Shown: positions 8,574 through 18,552 of the stretch, piece after piece
How positions within the stretch are numbered: position 1 is the first letter of the stretch
Layout: each line of letters opens with the position of its first letter
Assembly (NCBI GenBank): GCA_965207065.1
Contig: OZ242260.1
Span: forward strand, 1,056,001 to 1,120,000
Length of the DNA stretch: 64,000 nucleotides
Source of the DNA: a bacterium
GTDB taxonomy: Bacteria; UBA8248
Direction of reading: 5' to 3'
Program-made: the position numbers and the translations under genes
The notes under the pieces: model-generated
Databases searched by the model: none
Told to the model about the DNA's origin: nothing
Seen by the model: only the letters and a program-made list of their open reading frames with translations

Positions 8574-9448
8574 CCCTCGACACCGAGGCGCATTTCTAAA
8601 GCTTCGTGTAAAACTTCCATCACTATATCCGTAGGCATATCCACTCCCGTCCACATTTTCCAAGCAGCCGCTGCTTGATATACCAACCAACCCGTTCCGC
8701 GAACAACTTGAGCTCCAGCCCGCCTGGCTGCTTTCAGAAACTCCGTATCAGGAGGAATATAGACCGCATCCGAACAGATACAGCCGTTAGGTATAGCGTC
8801 TTCGGGAATCGGAGGGGTCGCCATACTTTCCGTGTCTCCCCACATCCCGAGGCTTGTAGTATTCACGATTATCTCACAACCATCAGCCGCCGAATACAGA
8901 TCGTCCAAGCCACCACCTTTTACTTTCGAAGAAGGAACGCTTTTTTCTACAAAGTGTGCCAACTCCAAAGCTTTTTCATATGTTCGATTTCTAATTTCAA
9001 GGTGAGCCGCTCCGCACTGGGCTATTTTGACGGCAATTGCTCTCGCGGCCCCTCCCGCACCCAAAACAAGACATTTCTTTTCCCTGGGATGTTCTCCCGT
9101 TGTCTCCTCCAAAAAGCGAAGCCAACCGATACCATCCGTGTTATGGCCGATTAGATTTCCGTCTTCTTCAAAAACTACCGTGTTTACTGCACCCATCAAC
9201 CGGGCATCCTCACTCAGATCATCCATGAGTTTAACAACAGCCACTTTGTGCGGAATTGTGATCGTGAGTCCGCGAAATCCCATCGCCCGGGCTCCCTGCA
9301 CAGCTTCCTCCAAAGAATCCGGGTGCACTTCATAGGAAAGATAGTGATAATCCACACCTAAAACTTCAGCCGCCTTATTATGAAGCACAGGTGACAATAT
9401 ATGCCCTGCCGGGAATCCAAAAACACCCAGTGGTATCGGATTTGGCAT
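8570..9448 (-). CDS. aroE: Shikimate dehydrogenase family protein
   Basis: SPVLHN, TIPHK, GAVNT, HNTDG, LGAGGAARA and LVYQA motifs; start at ATG 9448 after AGGAG. Confidence 0.85.
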   Translation of the reverse strand: MPNPIPLGVFGFPAGHILSPVLHNKAAEVLGVDYHYLSYEVHPDSLEEAVQGARAMGFRGLTITIPHKVAVVKLMDDLSEDARLMGAVNTVVFEEDGNLIGHNTDGIGWLRFLEETTGEHPREKKCLVLGAGGAARAIAVKIAQCGAAHLEIRNRTYEKALELAHFVEKSVPSSKVKGGGLDDLYSAADGCEIIVNTTSLGMWGDTESMATPPIPEDAIPNGCICSDAVYIPPDTEFLKAARRAGAQVVRGTGWLVYQAAAAWKMWTGVDMPTDIVMEVLHEALEMRLGVEG

Positions 9449-9648
9449 GAATGTTCTCCTTAACATCATTCCATCGTTTATTGTCTAACGCCGTATTTGT
9501 GAAAAACTTGTTGTTGTAACAATATAAAAACAGACTAGAATTTTAAGAGCTCATACGCAATCGAGTTATCATTTCATCTCTTTAGGGATTTGAGAGTTGC
9601 TAAACTCAACATCGCACCAAAGACATACGCCACTTTATTGAGGACTTC

Positions 9649-11901
9649 ATGAATAAATTTAAGGTAGCTGGGAAAAATATACCCAGATACGATCTGCCGG
9701 ATAAAGCTGTGGGTACGGCAAAATTCGCAGCAGACGTTACTACTGTACAACCACTTGTTGGTTTAATCCTCAGAAGTCCACACCCACATGCTCGTATCGT
9801 TTCGATTAACACGAAAGAAGCGATAAAAATACCGGGTGTGCGAACCGTATTGACGGGCAATGATTGCCCCGCACACCATTTCGGTCTTGAGATCAAAGAT
9901 ATGTGCTGGCTGGCTCGCGATGGTTATGTTCGATACATCGGAGACCCTGTTGCGGCAGTTGCAGCAGAATCAATCGATGCGGCTCAGGCGGCGCTAGATT
10001 CGATAAAACTTGGCTACGAGGAAATTGAGCCTGTGGTGGACCTTTTGAAAGCTCGTGACGGCATGGGTCCACTCGTGCATGAAGATTGGGAAAAAGTAGG
10101 CTTAGGGCCCAATGGAGAAGGGAATGTAATTGGTCGCTATGAAATGTCCATGGGTGATGTTGGAATTGCCATGGAAAAAGCGGACCACATATTCGAACAC
10201 ACATTCCAGACTCCATACGCGCATTCTGGTTATATCGAACCTCATGCCTGTTCGGCGGAGCCGGGGGCCGATGGAAAGATCAGCATTTGGACAACAACGC
10301 AAGCGCCTTTCGTCATCCGCGAACAAGTCGCAGCGGCTTTAGGGATTCCGCTGACGAAAGTGAAAGTCATCCCTACAGAAATCGGTGGTGGATTCGGAGG
10401 GAAGATTCATTCTTTTGTTGAACACATCATCGCATTGCTCGCTCTCAAAAGCGGTCGCGCCGTTCGCCATGAGATGACGCGGGAAGACGATCATAACGGC
10501 GTCAGTCCCAGGCAAGGGTTACGAATACACTTAAAGACCGGAGTAACCTCAGATGGCAAAATTCTAGCTCGCGAATCAGATGTCATCGTCGATCATGGCG
10601 CATATGGTCCCGGCGCTCCGACCCAGGCGAGTTCCCGCATTCCGATGTTCACAAGTTGCTATCATATCCCAAACTCTCATGTGAAAATGACGAGCGTTTA
10701 CACTAATGGCCCTATATGCGGTTCTGTAAGAGGCCCCTGCGGCCCCCAGTGTTTTTTCGCAACGGAAGTCCATCTCGATATTATTGCTCGCGAACTAGGC
10801 ATCGACCCCCTTGAAATCAGGCGGAAAAACGCCATCCGAAAAGGTGACACCGGATTGTTCGGCACGCAAGAAGACGACGGTATGCTGAAAGTTTTGGAAA
10901 GCACAGCTAAAGAAGGAAACTGGGGCGAGACAATTGAAACGAATGTGGAATTGGAAGGTCCAGGCTGGAAGTTTGGTCGAGGCCTTGCCGTTAGTTTTTG
11001 GCGTGGGAGTGGCGGAGCTTCCGCTTGTACGGCGCGCTTAAACGCAGACGGCAGCGTCCAACTCCTAAGTGGCTCTGTGAACCTTACGGGCGCTACAACC
11101 TCTATGTGCCAGATTGCCGCGGAAATGATGGATGTCGGCTTTGAGCAAGTAACTTTTGACAGCGGCGATACCGACACCGCCCCCGAGTCCATCCACGCGG
11201 CGGGCAGCATGCTGACCCGCTCGATGGGCGCCGCCGTTATCGTAGCCGTAGACGATCTGAAAGAAAAAATTCGAATCGTGGCCGCCGAAAAACTAGAAGC
11301 CGCTCCAGACGATTTGAAAATCGAAGGAGGGCGCGTTTCTTCGATTTCTACGCCCGAGCGCACCATGTCATTGAGTGAAGTGGCAAAAGCGGCACCAGGG
11401 ATTGCTGGTTATATTATGGGCCAAGGTGAAACACAGGCGCCGGCTTTTTGCCCGATCTACACGGCGCAAATCGCGGAGGTGGCCATAAACCCGGATTCGG
11501 GTGAGGTGAAGGTTTTGAGGCTGGTTTGTTCGCAAGATGTGGGCTTCGCCATGAACCCGACTTCCGTCGTCGGTCAAATGGAAGGCGGGATGCTTCAGGG
11601 AATCGGATTGGCGCTGATGGAGGAACAGCCTCGAGACGAGGACGGCAATATCTATGGCGGAACTTTCCATGAATACCTCCTGCCCACCAGTCTGGATGTT
11701 CCCGAACTCAAAACCGTAATGGTTGATAACAAGGCGGATGATACGCCGTATGGAATGAGAGGGGTCGGCGAACCGCCCATACTCGCAGCCCCCGCAGCCA
11801 TCATGAACGCCATCGCGGATGCGGTGGGGACTCGATTTTTCGAGATCCCGGTGGGCCCGCATCACATATGCGAAGCGATCGGAAAAAAGAGCGAAACATA
11901 A
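9649..11901 (+). CDS. Xanthine dehydrogenase family molybdopterin-binding subunit
   Basis: RSPHPHARI, GGGFGGK, GQMEGG and RGVGEPP motifs; 750 aa. Confidence 0.92.
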   Translation: MNKFKVAGKNIPRYDLPDKAVGTAKFAADVTTVQPLVGLILRSPHPHARIVSINTKEAIKIPGVRTVLTGNDCPAHHFGLEIKDMCWLARDGYVRYIGDPVAAVAAESIDAAQAALDSIKLGYEEIEPVVDLLKARDGMGPLVHEDWEKVGLGPNGEGNVIGRYEMSMGDVGIAMEKADHIFEHTFQTPYAHSGYIEPHACSAEPGADGKISIWTTTQAPFVIREQVAAALGIPLTKVKVIPTEIGGGFGGKIHSFVEHIIALLALKSGRAVRHEMTREDDHNGVSPRQGLRIHLKTGVTSDGKILARESDVIVDHGAYGPGAPTQASSRIPMFTSCYHIPNSHVKMTSVYTNGPICGSVRGPCGPQCFFATEVHLDIIARELGIDPLEIRRKNAIRKGDTGLFGTQEDDGMLKVLESTAKEGNWGETIETNVELEGPGWKFGRGLAVSFWRGSGGASACTARLNADGSVQLLSGSVNLTGATTSMCQIAAEMMDVGFEQVTFDSGDTDTAPESIHAAGSMLTRSMGAAVIVAVDDLKEKIRIVAAEKLEAAPDDLKIEGGRVSSISTPERTMSLSEVAKAAPGIAGYIMGQGETQAPAFCPIYTAQIAEVAINPDSGEVKVLRLVCSQDVGFAMNPTSVVGQMEGGMLQGIGLALMEEQPRDEDGNIYGGTFHEYLLPTSLDVPELKTVMVDNKADDTPYGMRGVGEPPILAAPAAIMNAIADAVGTRFFEIPVGPHHICEAIGKKSET

Positions 11902-12007
11902 AAACGCGATAGAATTCCTGAATACACAGCAGAGATGAGCGCCTTTGGTTGCTCAGACATTTTTATCGTCTTTGGGTTCGAAGGCTTAGTTACTTTAATA
12001 TGCAGTG

Positions 12008-12925
12008 TTATGAAACTTGAGGGACTTCGGTCTGAATGGCGCGTAGAAGATGGCCACCCAAATACCACTTCATTGCTTTGACATTCGAATCATCACTCAG
12101 AATCGTGATGGCGCCACACCGCAACCATTCATTTCTCCTTGTGCGCCAAGTCCAGATAAGCACACCCCGGCAGCCATTGAGCCAAACAGGGCTGAAAGTC
12201 AGCTTTTCTCCCATTTGGCCAAGAAGTTCCGTGCAGGCCACGGCTACAAAATCGTCACCCGTTCTTCGTTCGTCTCGGACGATGAGCTCTACTCCCGGTG
12301 ACATGAGGCCTTGCAACAATACCTTGTCCCGAAAACCAAGCGCCTCCACAAACCGTTCGAATACGCGCGTTGCCTTCACCTGATCATCGGTGGATACAAA
12401 GAAAAGTTTCTTTCCCCAGTACTTTTGAATTTGCGCTCGTTTCTTATCCGCATTATCGGCAATTTTGAAAACCTCCTGAATCTTTACCCCTATTGAGGAT
12501 GCCGCAATCCGATCACCATCTTCCACCCCGTCCCTGAGCACGACAACTGCACGCTGTTCGGGCGTCATGTATTGGAGGGGGAACAAAAACTCAAGCGCAA
12601 CGCTTGGCCATACAGCACCCGCCTCCACCGATTTAGTCACACCATTCGCACTTGAACCCGTCGTTTGTATCAAATCGGGGAGGTCGAACTCATTCAACTC
12701 CAATGGTTGTTTCTCTCGCAATCGAGAAAGGGCCGCTTCCGTGCACGCCGTATAGAGCCATTCAGGGTGATCTTCGATATTCTCCAGGGCTGGGCCCATT
12801 TCAATGGCTCGCAACATCGTATCTTGCACGATATCATCCGCGTCCAAAATACTGCCGGTGAGCCGATAAGCGTGTTGCCGCATCAACCCCCAGTATTCTT
12901 GAGTATATTTTTCAAGATCGATCAT
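12008..12925 (-). CDS. ECF sigma factor with SnoaL-like C-terminal extension, divergent
   Basis: [18 protein letters not shown] (region 2), [12 protein letters not shown] (region 4), FERFVEAL...DKVLLQGLM extension. Confidence 0.75.
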   Translation of the reverse strand: MIDLEKYTQEYWGLMRQHAYRLTGSILDADDIVQDTMLRAIEMGPALENIEDHPEWLYTACTEAALSRLREKQPLELNEFDLPDLIQTTGSSANGVTKSVEAGAVWPSVALEFLFPLQYMTPEQRAVVVLRDGVEDGDRIAASSIGVKIQEVFKIADNADKKRAQIQKYWGKKLFFVSTDDQVKATRVFERFVEALGFRDKVLLQGLMSPGVELIVRDERRTGDDFVAVACTELLGQMGEKLTFSPVWLNGCRGVLIWTWRTRRNEWLRCGAITILSDDSNVKAMKWYLGGHLLRAIQTEVPQVS

Positions 12926-13596
12926 GATGAGGCTGAAGAGGTCGTAAACATCTCGCGCAAATCCAAAGCTACCCCCAATGGCGCATCAGTTTTATCCATT
13001 ACTTCATTTTCACTCACGCCAGGAGCGAGTTCACGCAGCACAAGTCCGTCAGTCTCCACCGTAATGAAAGCGAGATCAGTAATGATGACATCGACTACGC
13101 CTTTTCCGGTTAAAGGCAGAGAGCATGCTTTCACAATTTTCGGTGCACCTCGCTTTGAAACATGCTCCATAGTGAGGATAACTTTCCGGGCGCCCACGAC
13201 GAGATCCATCGCACCTCCCATGCCGGATATCATCCTGCCGGGTATCGCCCAGTTCGCCAGATCGCCGTTCCCGGCAACTTCCATAGCACCGAGTATGGTG
13301 ACATCTATATGCCCGCCTCTGACCATGGCAAAAGACGTGGCGCTATCGAAAAATGAACCGCCAGGCATTAACGTCACCGTTTCTTTGCTGGCATTCAGCA
13401 GGTCTGGGTCTTCATCTCCTTCGTATGGAAATGGGCCGACACCCAACACACCGTTTTCCGAATGGATGGTGACACCGTATTCCTCGGGTATGTAATTGCT
13501 CACCAAGGTAGGTATGCCAAGCCCGAGATTGACATAACCCCCTCGAGGCACTTCCATGGCTGCGCGCCTGGCGATATCGTGTCTGCTTAAAGTCAA
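12922..13596 (-). CDS. scoB: 3-oxoacid CoA-transferase subunit B
   Basis: [14 protein letters not shown] (catalytic Glu) and GMGGAMDLV motifs. Confidence 0.9.
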   Translation of the reverse strand: MTLSRHDIARRAAMEVPRGGYVNLGLGIPTLVSNYIPEEYGVTIHSENGVLGVGPFPYEGDEDPDLLNASKETVTLMPGGSFFDSATSFAMVRGGHIDVTILGAMEVAGNGDLANWAIPGRMISGMGGAMDLVVGARKVILTMEHVSKRGAPKIVKACSLPLTGKGVVDVIITDLAFITVETDGLVLRELAPGVSENEVMDKTDAPLGVALDLREMFTTSSASS

Positions 13597-13597
13597 T

Positions 13598-14317
13598 TCA
13601 ACTCACTCCAGAGTTATTTCGGGGCCGAGTCGTCATAATTTCGATCGGTTTCTCAATATCTTCACCCAAAACCACACGCTGCACAAAAATCCCGGGCGTA
13701 TGCACTTTTTCCGGGGAAATTTCACCTACGGGAACGATTTCTTCCACTTCTGCGATCGTCACCTCGGCAGCAGTGGCCATGACGGGATTAAAGTTCTGCG
13801 CGCTCATCCTGTATATCAGATTCCCACGCTCATCCCCTTTCCAAGCCTTGATGAAAGCATAATCCGCCCGGATAGGTTCTTCAAATATATATTCCTGTCC
13901 ATCAACGATTCTTGTCTCTTTTCCTTCAGCCACTACAGTACCTGCTCCCGTTGGCGTAAAGAAACCACCGATGCCGGCCCCGCCAGCTCGAATACGCTCC
14001 GTGAATGTTCCTTGAGGCGAGAGTTCGACTTCTATTTCCCCTTTTAAAGCTTGTTCTTCATAAGCCTTACAAGCCGGACCCACGCGACTGGCGATGATGG
14101 AGCGGACCTGTCGATTTTCAATCATCATGCCAACACCCCAACCGTCCATTCCTCCTGCATTCGATATCAAATGAAAATCGCCGACATCTCTTCGTATGCT
14201 CATTGCTTTACATAAGTTATGCGCCATCCCGCATATGCCGAACCCACCGATAAGAATCGATGCGCCGCTGGGAATATCCGAAACAGCTTCCATTGAACTC
14301 AATACAATTTTAGACAA
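13598..14317 (-). CDS. scoA: 3-oxoacid CoA-transferase subunit A
   Basis: [22 protein letters not shown] and [10 protein letters not shown] motifs; TTG start at 14317 after GAGG. Confidence 0.88.
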   Translation of the reverse strand: MSKIVLSSMEAVSDIPSGASILIGGFGICGMAHNLCKAMSIRRDVGDFHLISNAGGMDGWGVGMMIENRQVRSIIASRVGPACKAYEEQALKGEIEVELSPQGTFTERIRAGGAGIGGFFTPTGAGTVVAEGKETRIVDGQEYIFEEPIRADYAFIKAWKGDERGNLIYRMSAQNFNPVMATAAEVTIAEVEEIVPVGEISPEKVHTPGIFVQRVVLGEDIEKPIEIMTTRPRNNSGVS

Positions 14318-14400
14318 GTGAACTACCTCAATGAGAAAAATCGAATAGCTCTTGCCTGTCATGCTTAAGCATTTGCATGCCAGCAGGCAAGGTGATTCAA

Positions 14401-16611
14401 TCAGCTTTCCATTACTCTTCCCACTAATGCTTTCACTGGCGAATACTGTTTATATACGATAACTGTCTTGTCCGTGTGTTTTGCAACGTTTTCAGGAATA
14501 GAACCAAATAGAATCTGTTTGTAGAAACTTTCGCCAGCGGCTCCCATTGCAATCGCGTCATATTCTCCCGACGCTTGAATAATTCCCACGGAAACAGATT
14601 TGTGCGTGATGATTTGGCTCTCTACATGAGCGCTGCTCTCATCGTTGATTCGGCCTACCGCCTCACTTAGGCCTTGCTCAACGGAATACTTATGAGTTGC
14701 ATCGGCATCTGGAGAAACAACTGTCGATACAACAAGCCTGGCATTGTAAGCACTTGCGATTGGGGCTGTGTATCGCTCAGCCAAACGTGCATGTATGCCT
14801 CCAGTTGTGGGCAAGAGAATATTTTTAAAATTCATATCACCTACAAGTTTCACCAGCATAATATCCGCCCGTGCGAGATTTACGACGTCATCGACAATCT
14901 CTCCCAAAATTCGATTGGCGGTAGAAGTGTAGCCTTTCCAGCCAAGCACGATCAGATCACAATGGCGCTCTCTCGCCGTCTCCAGAATGGCGCGCGCCGG
15001 ATTGCGCCCGATCGTTACAAGAGAGCTGATTTTGACACCATTCGATTTGGCTCGGACATGGGCCTGCTCCAAAATTCGTCTTTCGCGTTCAACGTATGAA
15101 GTTTCGCGACTCATCGGTGCCTGCTCAGGCAAAGATACAACCCGCATTGCGACGATTTCACCGTCATTTTCTTTAGCAAGTGCCGAGGCCAGATCTATCA
15201 GGGGGGCGACGTTTGTCGGATTTGCGATGGGAACCAACACGCGGAAATCGCTCTCCTGACCCTCCATGCTGACCTGTGCTACACGGGACGGCTCACCCGG
15301 CAAGAATTCCTCCTCAGCCTGAGAGCCTTTCCAAGCCAGAAAACCAAGCATTCCCACGATCAACCATAAAATGGCCATGATAACTGGCTCAGAATGCCGC
15401 AATATCAATGAAAGTAAATATAAATTCGCGACAATTCCTATCAGTGGCAACAACGGCACGAATGGAACACGGAAATTCCTCGGCAGGTTTGGAAATTTTC
15501 TCCGATGATAGATGAGCGCTGTATTCACCAAAATCAGTGCCAACAAAAGAATGGTGTCCGCAAAGTGCGCCAGCATCTCCAGGTGAAAATTCTGCGCAAA
15601 AACAACAATTGTTCCTCCCACTAAAATAAGCGCGATAATAGGAGTGCGTGTCTTTGGATTGATAGCAGCGATGCCAGAGGGTAAGTGTCCTAGCTGCGCC
15701 ATGGATAAAACGACTCGCGAACCCGCCAAAATCGATGCATTCGATGCGGAAATCATTGAGAATAGCGCACCTACGACAATTACCATCCCCCCGATGGGGC
15801 CCAGGAAAAGACGTGCCGCATTACCCATCGCCGCTTCCGTATATTCCGTAAGATTCGCGGCAATGATTACAAAAACTACCAATGTATAAAGAATCGTAAC
15901 GATCGTCATGGAAAAAAATATCGCGCGGGGAATTGTCTTTGTGGGATTCGTAACTTCTCCAGCAGATGCTGCAATTGCCGAAAAACCAAAAAAAGTAATA
16001 AAAACCAACCCAGCCGTCGCGCCGATTTTCGGAATGTCCGTACTCATTCTATCGATAAGGGCTTTTGTATCCAAATTCCCTAGCCCACCATATACAAACC
16101 AAAATAAAAGGATGACCTTTCCAGCAGTAATGAGGATTTGAAAACGAGCCGACTCCTTTGTTCCCTTGATATTAAGCAATACAAGACAAATTAGTCCTAT
16201 CGTTCCCGATATTTGCTCATAAGGAGAATGCCAAACGAACTCATTGAAATAAGAAGAAAGGCTGCTGATGTAAAAGGCACATGAAGAAGTGTAGCCAAGC
16301 ACCAACGTCCACCCAACAAGGTAGGCGAGTGGCGGAGGAAACGTCCTTCTCGCATAGAGATATCCTTCTCCGGATTCCGGATACAGAGACGAGAATTCAC
16401 AATAGGTGAGCGCGGTGAACCCGGCGACAAACGCCGCTAAAAGAAAAGCGATGACGGCCGATGAGCCGACATCCCTGACCGCAAGGCCAGATAAGGTGAA
16501 AATACCAGCCGCTATCATTGTCCCGACACCAATCGAAAGTGCGGATGTGAGCCCTAAATCTCGACTGAGTTCGGTTTCAATATGCAGGCTATTGCCGTTA
16601 CGTTTGTTCAT
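14401..16611 (-). CDS. APC-family amino acid permease fused to universal stress protein domains
   Basis: About 12 hydrophobic segments, GTMIAAGIF and PESGEGY motifs; C-terminal VLVPIANP, DLIVLGW and LFGSIPENV USP motifs. Confidence 0.92.
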   Translation of the reverse strand: MNKRNGNSLHIETELSRDLGLTSALSIGVGTMIAAGIFTLSGLAVRDVGSSAVIAFLLAAFVAGFTALTYCEFSSLYPESGEGYLYARRTFPPPLAYLVGWTLVLGYTSSCAFYISSLSSYFNEFVWHSPYEQISGTIGLICLVLLNIKGTKESARFQILITAGKVILLFWFVYGGLGNLDTKALIDRMSTDIPKIGATAGLVFITFFGFSAIAASAGEVTNPTKTIPRAIFFSMTIVTILYTLVVFVIIAANLTEYTEAAMGNAARLFLGPIGGMVIVVGALFSMISASNASILAGSRVVLSMAQLGHLPSGIAAINPKTRTPIIALILVGGTIVVFAQNFHLEMLAHFADTILLLALILVNTALIYHRRKFPNLPRNFRVPFVPLLPLIGIVANLYLLSLILRHSEPVIMAILWLIVGMLGFLAWKGSQAEEEFLPGEPSRVAQVSMEGQESDFRVLVPIANPTNVAPLIDLASALAKENDGEIVAMRVVSLPEQAPMSRETSYVERERRILEQAHVRAKSNGVKISSLVTIGRNPARAILETARERHCDLIVLGWKGYTSTANRILGEIVDDVVNLARADIMLVKLVGDMNFKNILLPTTGGIHARLAERYTAPIASAYNARLVVSTVVSPDADATHKYSVEQGLSEAVGRINDESSAHVESQIITHKSVSVGIIQASGEYDAIAMGAAGESFYKQILFGSIPENVAKHTDKTVIVYKQYSPVKALVGRVMES

Positions 16612-17471
16612 TTCAGATCTGCCAGAAACGACTTGAGCTCTCGCTGCACGATGGTCGGCTCGGTAACACTCGGAAAATGTCCTGCTTTTTCACATACGAC
16701 AACTCTCGACTTCATGGGTAACACACTCATCAACAATTTTTCCGATTTCTCGCTAAATCGCTTACTCTCCCCTCCACGAAATACCAGAGAAGGGCATATT
16801 GTTCTCTTAGCCCAGAAAACGGGATCGTAATCGCTCGCGGAGGAGGCTTGAAATTCCCGCAACCTCAGGATTCTGCTTTTCTCATATGGAACTCTGCAAA
16901 CGCCATTTGCTCCATCGCGCACCAACACGTCGCTCAAGAATCGTTTCGTCCTGGCGGGAGGCCAGTTTCCTTCTTCGCTTTCCGTGAAGAATTTCTGCGC
17001 CTGCTCTAAATCCTCGAAGTCCATCGGGCGACTTCGTGACGCCTCCATGTTCACATTGGCACCCAAAGCATCACGCATTGTCGGATCCACCAACACGGAC
17101 GCGGCAACGCGATCCGGGCGTTCCGCAGCGACGGCCAGAGCGATTGAAGCGGCGAAGGAATGCCCCATCACCACGAAGCGATCCAGCAAAAGCACGTCGG
17201 CCAAGCCAATTACGTCTCTTGCGAAGTCAGCTGCGGCGTCTCCCGTACCCGGGTCATCCGTTCTTCCGAATCCTCTTTGATCCGGGCATATCATGCGTAT
17301 CGAGCCCACGCCTTCCGCCGTAGCGTTCCACATGCCACTTTGAATCAGCGAACCATGTAATGCGATAACTGGCAAGAGCGAACTTTCTTTCGCCGGTCTC
17401 CAGTCCCGGAAAAACAATTGAATATTCGATACCGTCTCAAAACCGGCATACCAACCACCTTTGCTGTGCAT
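16608..17471 (-). CDS. Alpha/beta hydrolase
   Basis: LHG, PDQRGFG, GHSFA nucleophile elbow, AGH. Confidence 0.88.
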   Translation of the reverse strand: MHSKGGWYAGFETVSNIQLFFRDWRPAKESSLLPVIALHGSLIQSGMWNATAEGVGSIRMICPDQRGFGRTDDPGTGDAAADFARDVIGLADVLLLDRFVVMGHSFAASIALAVAAERPDRVAASVLVDPTMRDALGANVNMEASRSRPMDFEDLEQAQKFFTESEEGNWPPARTKRFLSDVLVRDGANGVCRVPYEKSRILRLREFQASSASDYDPVFWAKRTICPSLVFRGGESKRFSEKSEKLLMSVLPMKSRVVVCEKAGHFPSVTEPTIVQRELKSFLADLK

Positions 17472-17687
17472 ATGAACCTCTTGGTATGGAAAATGAATTT
17501 ATGAAAGGAATTTCATCAAATCGGGAAAGCGATGTTTCACTCTCCAGTTAAAGGGTTCTCGATAAACCATACTCCGCACATTCAGCAAGCCAGCGAACTT
17601 CAGGCCCCATAAAGCACAAGCGTAAAATACTCGCTTCTCGTTATTCCACCCTATATTATGGCTTTTTGGTCGTAGATAGGAAATCGC

Positions 17688-18281
17688 TCAGGAAGAATCT
17701 TCCGTATAGGAAATCGTGACGCGGCGCGCGTGGAAGCGATTTTGTTCACCGTCGATGGGCTCGAAGAAATGACACGCTTCCAAATCACGCGGATATACAT
17801 GAATAGATACCGCCAATTCGTCACGCCGATTCCGCACCGTATGGATGTCCGCGCAGCCACAAACTGAATTCTGCTCACCTGCCGAAGGATTGTGGGGCGC
17901 ATCGAATCTCAAACCGACCTCGCCCTCGGCGATCTCTGAATCCGCAAAATAATTCACAACCTCAAGGCCGCCCTCCACCATGCCGAGCATCCCCCAGGCG
18001 CCGTCATGATCGTGTATCGGCGTGCCCTGCCCGGGCTTCCACACCATGGCCGCTACGACGAAGCGTTTCTCGGGGTCGCGATACAACAGATGCCGCGCAT
18101 ATCCCTCGTCCGAGGGATCGAGCGCCTCGGGCGGGAGGAAAGAACCCGCTTCCAGCAAGCGTTTGAGGGCGGGTTCGGCTGCGCGAATGAAATCTCGGCC
18201 GCGTTCGCCGTTATCGTAAATGCCGGCAAGCTCTTCTGCGAGGCGGGTGATGGGAGCGCTTGGTGCGGCGACTGTGTCCAT
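17688..18281 (-). CDS. Cysteine/thiol dioxygenase family protein
   Basis: YARHLL, WKPGQGTPIHDH, IHTVRN and VSIHVY motifs; GGAGG RBS. Confidence 0.85.
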   Translation of the reverse strand: MDTVAAPSAPITRLAEELAGIYDNGERGRDFIRAAEPALKRLLEAGSFLPPEALDPSDEGYARHLLYRDPEKRFVVAAMVWKPGQGTPIHDHDGAWGMLGMVEGGLEVVNYFADSEIAEGEVGLRFDAPHNPSAGEQNSVCGCADIHTVRNRRDELAVSIHVYPRDLEACHFFEPIDGEQNRFHARRVTISYTEDSS

Positions 18282-18342
18282 GACGACCTCCTCCAGATGC
18301 GGAAATCGATGTAATCTGCTATTATTCAGACACTTGACCCTT

Positions 18343-18405
18343 CAGTTTTTTACCGGAATACCCCGTGAATTTATCCGAATTTATCCATATTTACCGAAAT
18401 TACTA
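18343..18405 (-). repeat. 10-bp-period RTAAAT array, inverted partner of 5111-5182
   Basis: Minus strand reads GTAAATATGG ATAAATTCGG ATAAATTCAC GGGGTATTCC GGTAAAAAAC. Confidence 0.75.
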
Positions 18406-18552
18406 TTTGCATTATATCGACAATTTACATTATTCCCGGGCGCCTCCTTAAGCCTCCATGAGGCTCGTCCGGAAGGCGCCTTCCCGGCCGTTTTCCAAGC
18501 GCTCCCGGGCCGTTTCGTTCCCTCCGCTCCGCCCCTGCAAGCGCCCCGATAC

